DNA of 38,038 nucleotides from the IMG/VR virus record IMGVR_UViG_3300047678_000357, positions 1-38,038 of that record; one strand, 5' to 3'. This DNA comes from a virus. Position 1 is the first letter of the stretch. Every line of letters starts with the position of its first letter. Below, piece after piece: positions 30,369 through 38,038 of this stretch. Position numbers and translations under genes: made by a program. Under the pieces are notes generated by a model. That model saw only the letters and a list, made by a program, of their open reading frames with translations, did no database searches and was not told the DNA's origin.

Positions 30369-32297
30369 ATGCCTCCAGTACCATCACTTTCCACAGCGTT
30401 CTCAAATCTCTTCAAGGCATCCGCGCCTTCGCTCGGAGCTATGAGTATGTCAACGCCAGCAACCGCGAAACCAATCGCGAGCATCGTTCCACAGGCGAAA
30501 CCTGTTGCACCAGTGCTCAGCACACCAGCTGTCCCATCACTGACATCGGGAAGTTTTGGTATGCAAACTTCAACTCCAGCGACCCTCGGAGTAAAGGCAA
30601 ACTTTGGTGCTAGTACACCATCGATTCCAAGTCTCTCACTCTTTGGAGGCACATCAACTGCAACTCCAAACTCTTCAGTACCGAAAGTAACGACACCAGC
30701 AGTGCCACAGACTCAGGCAAAACAACCTCAATACTTCACCACTCCATCAGGATTGGTCATTGACCCTGCGACTGGAAGTGTAGTGGGTGGATCACAAAAT
30801 AACCAACCAGTACAATCGAGTGCTCTTCCAACACCTCAGACACAAGATCTATCTGCAAACACTGGTGGTGTGACTCTCGGTGACAACACTGGAAACTCTG
30901 GTGCCGCATTTAATTACTCAGCGAGTGCAGGTGGCCCAGCTCTTCCATCCATCGGAGGCGGAACAACCTCATACGATCCACGTATCACAAGTTCAGCCGC
31001 AGAAGATGCATATAAGAAATATCAGGACTCACTCACAATGAGCCCCGAAGAAATAGACGCACAAACAAAACTGAATGCACTCAATGCTTCAGCAGCTCAG
31101 GCATACTCAAACACTGAAGGTCAGGCAATCCCTCTCGAGTTCATAACTGGACAGAAGGCAGCACTTCAACGATCACAGGCAGCTCTTTCAGTACCTCTTG
31201 AATCACAGCTCTCACTCGCGCAAGCAAAACGGCAAATGGCGATGACATCAAGTAAAGCTGCGCTTGAACGTGAACAAGCAAAAGTAGATGCATCACGAGA
31301 GGTATCAAAACCTATCAGTCTCGCATCAGGAGCAAGCCTTGTTGACCCAAAAACTGGGAAAGTGATATCTACAAATACTGCAAAAATTGATACAGAAAGT
31401 AACCCAGACCGTTTGTTGACAATAACTGAGGCTAAAACCCTTGGTGTACCATTCGGTACGACAGCAGCGCAAGCATTTGGTGTAACTCCAGGAAAATCAG
31501 TCGGACAATCTGATACATCAAAAAGCATTTCATCAGTAATTGATCAACTTCTAGCTACTGACACAAAGGCAATAAGTGGTATTCCAAGCATAACATCGTT
31601 TATACCTGGCACAGATGCACAGAAAACAAAAAATCTGTATAACCAGCTTAAAGGGATGCTATCTTTGGAAAACAGAACACAGCTTAAAGGTAGTGGTGCA
31701 ATCTCTGACTTTGAAGCAAAGATACTAGAAAAAGCAGCAAGTTCACTTGGAACAAATCTATCGGACAAAGATTTTGTTGAAACACTTAATCAATTGAAAA
31801 AAGATTTATCATCAAACGATACATCAACAACAAATCTTGAACCAGATGAAGTTCAGTATCTAAAAACAAAAGGGTACTCAGATGCTCAAATACAAGCATA
31901 TCAAGCGTCTTTCAGTAAGGTTGGAAATACCACAGCTTCCACAGTCTCGATACCCAAAAGTTCGAGATTGGCTTCGGTAAACAACAACCCGGGAAACCTT
32001 AGATTTGCAAATCAGACAGGAGCAACATTGGGAGAAGGAGGATTTGCAAAGTTCAGTACACCAGAAGATGGAGCAAAAGCATTGGAGAATCAAATTAAAC
32101 TCGATGCATCACGAAATCTAACACTCTCACAGTTTGTATCAAAATATGCTCCCCCATCAGAAAATGACACAGTAGCGTATCTCAACTATCTCATAAGCGC
32201 CACTGGAGCAGAAGCAGGTACACCAATTAGCCAAATCAGTACGTCAACACTGGTAAGGGCGGTCGCAAAAAAAGAAAGTAACACAAAAATAACATGA
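30369..32297 (+). CDS. Virion protein with a long Ser/Thr/Pro/Ala-rich N-terminal half and a conserved NNPGNLR C-terminal domain
   Basis: 642 aa. About 200 aa of low-complexity N-terminus. C-terminal VNNNPGNLRFANQTGATLGEGGFAKFSTPEDGAKAL...YAPPSENDT is a block I recognise from phage virion proteins but cannot name. Confidence 0.45.
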   Translation: MPPVPSLSTAFSNLFKASAPSLGAMSMSTPATAKPIASIVPQAKPVAPVLSTPAVPSLTSGSFGMQTSTPATLGVKANFGASTPSIPSLSLFGGTSTATPNSSVPKVTTPAVPQTQAKQPQYFTTPSGLVIDPATGSVVGGSQNNQPVQSSALPTPQTQDLSANTGGVTLGDNTGNSGAAFNYSASAGGPALPSIGGGTTSYDPRITSSAAEDAYKKYQDSLTMSPEEIDAQTKLNALNASAAQAYSNTEGQAIPLEFITGQKAALQRSQAALSVPLESQLSLAQAKRQMAMTSSKAALEREQAKVDASREVSKPISLASGASLVDPKTGKVISTNTAKIDTESNPDRLLTITEAKTLGVPFGTTAAQAFGVTPGKSVGQSDTSKSISSVIDQLLATDTKAISGIPSITSFIPGTDAQKTKNLYNQLKGMLSLENRTQLKGSGAISDFEAKILEKAASSLGTNLSDKDFVETLNQLKKDLSSNDTSTTNLEPDEVQYLKTKGYSDAQIQAYQASFSKVGNTTASTVSIPKSSRLASVNNNPGNLRFANQTGATLGEGGFAKFSTPEDGAKALENQIKLDASRNLTLSQFVSKYAPPSENDTVAYLNYLISATGAEAGTPISQISTSTLVRAVAKKESNTKIT

Positions 32298-34690
32298 ACC
32301 CGAACCAACTCATTGCAAATGACTTAGCACAGTATCGAAGCACAAAAGCTCCGACTACTGGATCACCTGACCTCAATAGTATTGATGCTGATTTGCAGTC
32401 CTACAGGTCTTCAAAAGGTGCTACAGCTCCTGCAACTGGTCTAACTCCACCTTTCAAGTTTGATGTCCCAGCAACAGATCAAGACCGTCAGAATAAAATC
32501 ACAGGATACAATGCCGATGCCGCAGCTGCAAAATCAGAGTCAGACAAGGCAAACTCATTCGGTGGTTTCATATCAAACTTTGGCAAGGCAATCGTATCAA
32601 ATCTAGCTGGCTCAGAAGTCGGTCTCGGCAAGACGATCGGCGAGACTATTGCTGCACCAGAGGTCACAAAAGAGCTCACTGAAGCAAACCAAATCAGATC
32701 AGATACTCAAGTGACCCTACTCAAAAGAATCAGGGAAAACAAAGCACTTGGAAAAGACACTACTCGCCTCGAGCAGACATACAACTCGGTATACGGTGAA
32801 CCAGACAAAACTCCAACTGTATCGGACATTGTTCCTTCAATCAATAAGACAACAGGACAGGTGGCAGGAGAACTTGGGGGCACAGCTCTCGATATTCTCA
32901 GTGCAGGAACTTATGGAAAAACTGCGACAGCTGGCATGAAGACAGGAGAACTCGCAGCTAAAAACATAGGCATGAAAGCGGCCGCAACAATCGCCTCTCC
33001 AGAGCTTGGAAAAGTCGCAGAACAGACAGCGCAAAAAGCGACTGGAGCATTCACAAAGAAGGGTGCAATCAGTATCGCGAAAGGTGCTGGTGTTGGGTAC
33101 GCACAAGACGTGACCCAAGGACTTCAGGGAAATCGTGGAGAAAATAGAACTGGAGCAGGTGCCTTCATCCCGGGAATGGGTACTGCGATTGGTGGTGGTA
33201 TTCCAGCTATCACTGAAGGTGTTCAATCTGCAAAAAATGCATTCAGTCAGGAAGGAAAAGCAGAGAGCATCGTCAATCAACGCAAAAAAGAACTCGGAGT
33301 ACTCGATGACTACGCGAGCGTCTCAAAGCGTGTCCAAAAAGCAAAGGACAAGGGTATCGATGTAAAAGACATTGTGGCCAACACAGACCTACTCCACGGA
33401 GCAGTCGATAAGAACGGTGTAATCAGTACAAAGGGCGAAGGAAACGCAGTCGATCAACTCCAGCAGTTCATTCAACCGCAAGAAGATGTGATCAGTAAAA
33501 ACCTCAAAAATGAAGGTGTATCACTCCCTGCTTCAGTCGTTCAGAAAAAGCTCGAATACGAGGTCAATCAAAGCGGTCTCAAGGGCGGAGCAAAAATACG
33601 TGCACTTAATGAGGTAGAGCAAGATATGAAGGGCTACATGCTCGATGCAAACAAAGATGGCACAATCCCCCTCTCAGTTATTCACGATGCAAAGGTAGAC
33701 AAATATTCAAACATCAACTTCATGACTGAAGCAGAGAAACAGAAGTCGGCAAAAGCGATCGCCCGGGGACTCAAACAGCTCGTAGAAAACAACACCAAGT
33801 CGGTGGATGTGAAGAAGCTCAACTCTGAGCTTTCACAACACTACGCTGTACTCGATTATTTGAACTCCCTTGATGGTAAGCGCGTAGAAGGAGGCCGACT
33901 CGGTAAATACTTCGCAAAGACGGTCGGAGCCATCGTAGGAGGTCATTTTGGGCCACTAGGCTCTATCGTAGGAGCAGAAACAGCAGGCGCAATCAAAGGC
34001 AACTCAATGGCTAGTACATTTGGTGGAAAAATAGGCAGAAATCTTGAACAGTCGGAAGCTATGAAAGCAGCAATTGCTAGTGGTAACACAACAAAACTTC
34101 CAGTAAAAAGTATGCCATCAGAATACACCAACGAGCTACCAACCATTCCATTTGGACAAACACCAAAACTAAAGGTGTCGGATTTGCCTATGGCTGAGGG
34201 TGCGCCGAAAGTGTTTTCACCAGAGATTAAACCATCGGCATTCGCAAAAAAAGGAGTGGGCGAAATCCCTAAAGAACTATCAAAAACATCAGTCGAAAAT
34301 GCCTATGGAAAGTTGAATAGTTACAAAGGAGCAATAGGAACAGACCTTGAGAAGTTCGGTAAAAATCTCATATCTGACTCTCAAAGTAACCCTGCATGGA
34401 AAACTATATCTGCAAAATCACAGGATGCTCTAAGTGGTGAGAAATATCTTTACAGATATGGCGATTCAAATGGAATATCTTACACGACAAAACCAGATAA
34501 ATACTTCCAAAAAGGTGATCAGAAACTGACAAAGATACCAATCACAAAAGATGTACTTAACCGAGTAGTGTACTACGATGGAGCAGATTTGAGTGATGTT
34601 CCACATATGAACTTCAAGACAATTATCAACAGTGGAGAAAAAGAGGTCATCTTGGCACCGAAAAAAAGTAACTTCGGAAAAAATAGCTAG
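32294..34690 (+). CDS. Large internal-virion / tape-measure-like protein (798 aa)
   Basis: ATGA overlap with the upstream gene. Ala/Gly/Lys-rich with hydrophobic Gly-zipper segments (IVGGHFGPLGSIVGAETAGAIKG). Confidence 0.4.
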   Translation: MNPNQLIANDLAQYRSTKAPTTGSPDLNSIDADLQSYRSSKGATAPATGLTPPFKFDVPATDQDRQNKITGYNADAAAAKSESDKANSFGGFISNFGKAIVSNLAGSEVGLGKTIGETIAAPEVTKELTEANQIRSDTQVTLLKRIRENKALGKDTTRLEQTYNSVYGEPDKTPTVSDIVPSINKTTGQVAGELGGTALDILSAGTYGKTATAGMKTGELAAKNIGMKAAATIASPELGKVAEQTAQKATGAFTKKGAISIAKGAGVGYAQDVTQGLQGNRGENRTGAGAFIPGMGTAIGGGIPAITEGVQSAKNAFSQEGKAESIVNQRKKELGVLDDYASVSKRVQKAKDKGIDVKDIVANTDLLHGAVDKNGVISTKGEGNAVDQLQQFIQPQEDVISKNLKNEGVSLPASVVQKKLEYEVNQSGLKGGAKIRALNEVEQDMKGYMLDANKDGTIPLSVIHDAKVDKYSNINFMTEAEKQKSAKAIARGLKQLVENNTKSVDVKKLNSELSQHYAVLDYLNSLDGKRVEGGRLGKYFAKTVGAIVGGHFGPLGSIVGAETAGAIKGNSMASTFGGKIGRNLEQSEAMKAAIASGNTTKLPVKSMPSEYTNELPTIPFGQTPKLKVSDLPMAEGAPKVFSPEIKPSAFAKKGVGEIPKELSKTSVENAYGKLNSYKGAIGTDLEKFGKNLISDSQSNPAWKTISAKSQDALSGEKYLYRYGDSNGISYTTKPDKYFQKGDQKLTKIPITKDVLNRVVYYDGADLSDVPHMNFKTIINSGEKEVILAPKKSNFGKNS

Positions 34691-34788
34691 TTAAAGAGCT
34701 TTCCACAACGGAAAAGTAACCAAATAAATGTGATTATACCAGTGATAATTTGAGGCATATAACATATTCTCTCACATATCACGTCGGG

Positions 34789-34845
34789 TCGCTATCGACT
34801 TATCCACAATCATAGCGAGCGAAAACATTATAAACTTGATACAAT
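34789..34845 (+). promoter_or_regulatory. Lysis-cassette promoter: perfect TTATCCACA box inside an inverted repeat, extended -10, leaderless start
   Basis: TCGCTAT at 34789..34795 and ATAGCGA at 34812..34818 flank the box at 34800..34808. TG-a-TACAAT with the hexamer at 34840..34845 (distance 40). Exactly 6 nt separate the -10 from ATG 34852. Confidence 0.6.
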
Positions 34846-34851
34846 AAAACC

Positions 34852-35961
34852 ATGACAAACACAACCCTCGTATTAGCAACAGGAGCTCATCGCTCACCAG
34901 TCGACCCACGAGACTGGACACTGGCATCAGTCGGCGCACCAACAAGCTACCCAGCAAGTAGAAAACTCGATACAGATTGGATGATAGCCTCAATGCAAGG
35001 CAAGATAGGGTGCTGTGTGGGCTGTAGTGGAGAGGAAATGGTCAGACAGATAATATTCCTCACAACAGGCAAAAAGTGCAATCCCGGGACTCCTGACGAG
35101 CTCTCATGGCGCTTTGTGTACGCATTGGCAAAGTGTATGGACGGAGTACAAGACCAAGGCACGTATCCTTCACTCGTAGCAAAAATCATACGAAACTATG
35201 GAGTTCCTCTCGCAAAATACTGTAAAAATGATGTGACTCTTGATCACGAGACTTTCGTATACGGTAGAAACATCAATGCCATCCTAAAGGAAGCATTTGA
35301 TGATGCAAAAACTCGAAAATCAGGTGCAGACTTTGCACAGTCAGTAAGTGAAGAAGGTATCAAAAAAGCAATCAACTACGCCGCTGACAACAAGGGTGGA
35401 GTGATGATACTCCGACAAGTCGGAAACACATACTGGGTAGCACCTGACGGAACAGTCACATGGGACCCAAAGAAAATCTTACCGATTGCTCCCCCACACG
35501 AAATAACTTCTGGCCACGAGGAGTTCCTAACCGGATACGACTATGAGCCAGAAACTGGACGAATGCGAATCTACTGGCTCAACCATTGGAGTCCTAAATG
35601 GGCAGACAATGGTCGTGCTTGGGAGTACGCAGACGTATGGATGCCCTACATCGTAGAACTGCGTGTAGTGGTGACATCAGTGCCAGTCGTAGACAACTTC
35701 AAGTACCACTTCTCAAAGTCACTCAAACGAGGTGACAAAGGACCAGATGTGGTCGCTCTTCAACATGTCCTAAAACTCGAGCAATGCTTCCCAGAGGGGC
35801 AGAGTTTCACAGGAAACTTCGGAGACATAACATTCGCTGGAGTAGTCGCACTACAGCAAAAATATGCTTCCGAAATACTCGCACCAGTGGGTCTAACTCA
35901 TGGGTCCGGGTTTGTCGGAGCATCCACTCTCAAGTGGCTTAATAGCAAATATTCAAACTAA
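34852..35961 (+). CDS. Endolysin: papain-like (C1-type) cysteine peptidase + PG_binding_1-like domain
   Basis: Q/C block MQGKIGCCVGCSG, His block ITSGHEEFLTGYD and Asn/Trp block YWLNHWSPKWADNGRAW are in papain order. C-terminal LKRGDKGPDVVALQHVLK...FGDITFAGVVALQQKY is a peptidoglycan-binding repeat. Confidence 0.6.
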   Translation: MTNTTLVLATGAHRSPVDPRDWTLASVGAPTSYPASRKLDTDWMIASMQGKIGCCVGCSGEEMVRQIIFLTTGKKCNPGTPDELSWRFVYALAKCMDGVQDQGTYPSLVAKIIRNYGVPLAKYCKNDVTLDHETFVYGRNINAILKEAFDDAKTRKSGADFAQSVSEEGIKKAINYAADNKGGVMILRQVGNTYWVAPDGTVTWDPKKILPIAPPHEITSGHEEFLTGYDYEPETGRMRIYWLNHWSPKWADNGRAWEYADVWMPYIVELRVVVTSVPVVDNFKYHFSKSLKRGDKGPDVVALQHVLKLEQCFPEGQSFTGNFGDITFAGVVALQQKYASEILAPVGLTHGSGFVGASTLKWLNSKYSN

Positions 35962-35965
35962 AACC

Positions 35966-36184
35966 ATGAATCCAACACTTAAAAAATACCTGATCAGTTC
36001 AGGAATCACGTTCGCAACAGCATTCTTCGGAATGCTCGCATTGGAGCTTAAGTCAGGGATACCTGACGGCTTCACAGTAGCCTTTGTGTTCAGTCTCGTC
36101 AGTGTCGCTGCACGAGCAGGTGTGAAAGCAGTCATCGAATGGATGGCTGTTACATTCCAAAGCACAAAAGACGTGCAGGGATAA
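35966..36184 (+). CDS. Holin-like two-TM protein (72 aa)
   Basis: Start set at ATG 35966. Helices ISSGITFATAFFGMLALEL and FTVAFVFSLVSVAARAGV. Adjacent to the endolysin. Confidence 0.45.
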   Translation: MNPTLKKYLISSGITFATAFFGMLALELKSGIPDGFTVAFVFSLVSVAARAGVKAVIEWMAVTFQSTKDVQG

Positions 36185-36212
36185 ACGCCTGCTGAGGCGA
36201 AACTCAGCGACT

Positions 36213-36662
36213 ATGAAAAAAACAATAATCATTTCAGTGGTAGTGGCAATACTTGCGATAGCAATATTACTGGCACTCCCAGCAAAAGCAGACACAGAAA
36301 GTAAGTCAGCAGACGTTCCCATACATGTTCAAACTGACTTGGAACGTAGACAGGAACTCTGGATCAATGCTCTCGAATGGTGCGAAAGTCGTGGTGTCAT
36401 ATCAGCCGTCAATCCAAAAGACCGCGATAACACTCCGAGCTATTACAGCTTCCAGTTCAAACCGAGTACATTCAGAATGTTTGGAGAGAAATACGAGATC
36501 ATACCAGAAGGCAAAACCGACACTCAGATCATGGAACTCATGAAGGACCACGACCTGCAGCGCGACATCGTCCGAAGAATGATTAACGATAAAAACGTAA
36601 ATCTCAAAACACAATTCCCTGACTGTATCAAGAACAAAATTGGTATGCCACCGATGAAATAG
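36213..36662 (+). CDS. Signal-anchored lysozyme/SLT-like protein
   Basis: Anchor KKTIIISVVVAILAIAILLALPAKA. WINALEWCESRG...YYSFQF resembles the catalytic Glu-Ser block of lytic transglycosylases. Confidence 0.4.
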   Translation: MKKTIIISVVVAILAIAILLALPAKADTESKSADVPIHVQTDLERRQELWINALEWCESRGVISAVNPKDRDNTPSYYSFQFKPSTFRMFGEKYEIIPEGKTDTQIMELMKDHDLQRDIVRRMINDKNVNLKTQFPDCIKNKIGMPPMK

Positions 36663-36695
36663 ACCCTTCTGCCACGTGTATACTGGGCACACGAG

Positions 36696-36716
36696 AACGT
36701 CCGAAAGGGCGTTTTT
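36696..36716 (+). terminator. Rho-independent terminator
   Basis: AACGTCC-GAAA-GGGCGTT stem-loop (one U:G) followed by a T-run at 36712..36716. Confidence 0.7.
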
Positions 36717-36718
36717 AG

Positions 36719-36765
36719 TTGTCCACAGTTATCCACTTGCAACAATGGCGACAGCTCGCTATACT
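36719..36765 (+). promoter_or_regulatory. Promoter with tandem boxes TTGTCCACA + TTATCCACT
   Basis: Boxes at 36719..36727 and 36729..36737, 10 bp apart. -35 TTGCAA at 36737..36742, then a 17-nt spacer with GCGACAGCTCGC, then TATACT at 36760..36765. Confidence 0.65.
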
Positions 36766-36807
36766 ATACATACAAAGGTCGAACATTATAAACACAAAAA
36801 AACAACA

Positions 36808-37014
36808 ATGCAAAAAATAATCGCAACATCAAGTCTCATCATAGGAATAGCAATACTTGGATGGGCTACAGTCAACGCAATGAACTCAAACGAGGTGGTA
36901 GAGTGCAATCAGTGGCAGTCACAAGCATCAGAGTACAGTGGGTTCTATCTTACACACTGGCAAGCAGATCAATGCAAGGCTCACAACATTATCATTAACG
37001 CGCCAATCAAATAA
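36808..37014 (+). CDS. Small membrane/secreted protein (68 aa)
   Basis: Start set at ATG 36808, downstream of the promoter at 36760. Hydrophobic N-terminus IIATSSLIIGIAILGWATVNA. Confidence 0.5.
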   Translation: MQKIIATSSLIIGIAILGWATVNAMNSNEVVECNQWQSQASEYSGFYLTHWQADQCKAHNIIINAPIK

Positions 37015-37015
37015 C

Positions 37016-37309
37016 ATGGACGATGAAACTATTTTATCTAAAGGCGGTACTGAAGAAGATATAAGTCAGTATGCAAAACAAAACGGAGCAGATCTAGACG
37101 AACAAGACGAAATCCAAGAGGACACAACCTCAATGGAAGAAAAGCTAGAGGCTCTCGATGAAGAAGAAGTCTGTGAACTATGCGGAGGGACTGGAGAGGT
37201 GACAACCTCAGAGCAAGTCTACCCGGGCGAGCCTCACATGGCAGATATCGGGACCAGAAAGTGCATATGCCAATTAAAAGAGGAGTCGGATATGGATGAC
37301 GACTCATAA
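37016..37309 (+). CDS. Acidic protein with one DnaJ-type CxxCxGxG zinc-finger unit (97 aa)
   Basis: Start set at ATG 37016. CELCGGTG followed by RKCIC. Flanks are very Asp/Glu-rich. Confidence 0.5.
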   Translation: MDDETILSKGGTEEDISQYAKQNGADLDEQDEIQEDTTSMEEKLEALDEEEVCELCGGTGEVTTSEQVYPGEPHMADIGTRKCICQLKEESDMDDDS

Positions 37310-37320
37310 CCAAAAAAACA

Positions 37321-37911
37321 ATGACAGACCTAGAACCAAAAGAAATCTCGCTGGTGAAAACACAAGCGACAAAAGCATACAACGCAGCGCAGGAACTGAC
37401 GATCACAACTCCTGAAGAAATGGTTATCGCGACAGACCACCTCTCAAAAATGAAGACAGTCGCAAAGATGATCAAGGAACGAAAGGAAGCAATCACGAAA
37501 CCATTAAACGAAGCCCTATCAAGCGCGCGAGATCTATTCAAGCCAATCGAATCGAATCTCGCAGATGCGGAAGCACTGGTAAAAAGAAAAATGCTCGACT
37601 ACAACGACAAGGTAGAACGAGAGCAGGCAGAAAAGCAGGCAAAGATTGCAAAGTCCCTCGAGGACGGAAAAATATCAGAGAAGACCGCCATCAAGAAAAT
37701 GGAGGCTGTCCCTGAAGTACAAAACAGCGTGCAGGGCAAGGTTGGCGCCGTCAGCACAAAACTTATCAAGAAGTACAGAGTGGTGGATGAGTCGAAGCTA
37801 CCACGTGAGTTCCTGATGCCAGACATGGGCAAGATCACAGAGGCCCTCAAGGCAGGACAGACAGTCGCAGGAGCCGAGATGTACGAGGAGAAAATAATCT
37901 CAGCACGATAA
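37321..37911 (+). CDS. Coiled-coil early protein (196 aa)
   Basis: Helical K/E-rich core. C-terminal KKYRVVDESKLPREFLMPDMGKITEALKAGQTVAGAEM is reminiscent of Gp157/DUF1351-type phage proteins (weak). Confidence 0.35.
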   Translation: MTDLEPKEISLVKTQATKAYNAAQELTITTPEEMVIATDHLSKMKTVAKMIKERKEAITKPLNEALSSARDLFKPIESNLADAEALVKRKMLDYNDKVEREQAEKQAKIAKSLEDGKISEKTAIKKMEAVPEVQNSVQGKVGAVSTKLIKKYRVVDESKLPREFLMPDMGKITEALKAGQTVAGAEMYEEKIISAR

Positions 37912-38038
37912 TGAACCCACGAGAAAAATTGATACTCGAATCAGCACTCAAAGCTCTCGAGAATCTACAAATCATACGAAGTGACGATTACGAGATATCA
38001 CACTCAATGCAGGTCGTCATCGCAGAACTTGTCAACAT
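37911..38038 (+). CDS. 5' part of the junction-spanning small ORF (continues at 33..78)
   Basis: TAATG overlap with the upstream stop. MNPREKLILESALKALENLQIIRSDDYEISHS then runs into the terminal repeat in frame. Confidence 0.5.
   Translation, partial: MNPREKLILESALKALENLQIIRSDDYEISHSMQVVIAELVN
38007..38038. repeat. Terminal direct repeat, right copy
   Basis: Identical to 1..32. Confidence 0.9.

Overview
The window is one complete tailed-phage genome of about 38.0 kb. It is closed by an exact 32-bp terminal overlap (1..32 = 38007..38038), and a small ORF reads across that junction. I call about 61 tightly packed protein genes, all on the + strand. Many are coupled by ATGA or TAATG start/stop overlaps. 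I recognise no integrase, repressor, RNA polymerase, reverse transcriptase, CRISPR array or canonical tRNA.

Gene order:
- Early and recombination genes: Erf annealase, PD-(D/E)XK nuclease, a small protein with an SSB-type acidic tail, a replication protein with embedded iterons, a C5 DNA methyltransferase, and Hjc-like and NinB-like proteins.
- A GroES / Zn-ribbon ORF / GroEL operon.
- A ParB-methylase remnant, then small and large terminase.
- Portal, scaffold and major capsid.
- About 15 kb of virion and tail genes, including a low-GC receptor-binding cassette (DUF2341/LamG protein and glycine-rich protein).
- A lysis cassette: papain-like peptidase endolysin with a peptidoglycan-binding domain, a holin-like protein and an SLT-like protein.

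Non-coding signals read directly from the sequence:
- A family of 10-11 sigma70-like promoters, each preceded by a same-strand DnaA-box-like word (TTATCCACA and close variants) at helically phased distances.
- A conserved GCGACAGCTCGC block fused to the TATAAT of the early promoters.
- Two intrinsic terminators, each followed immediately by the 12-mer TTGTCCACAGTT.
- Near-total absence of Shine-Dalgarno sites, with A-rich and TTAAC-containing leaders instead.
- Two apparently leaderless genes.
- A ~146-nt RNA element closed by a 15-bp helix.
- A ~105-nt tRNA-like element with a non-canonical anticodon domain.

Functional calls come from motifs I recognise by eye, not from database searches. 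The host is unknown.
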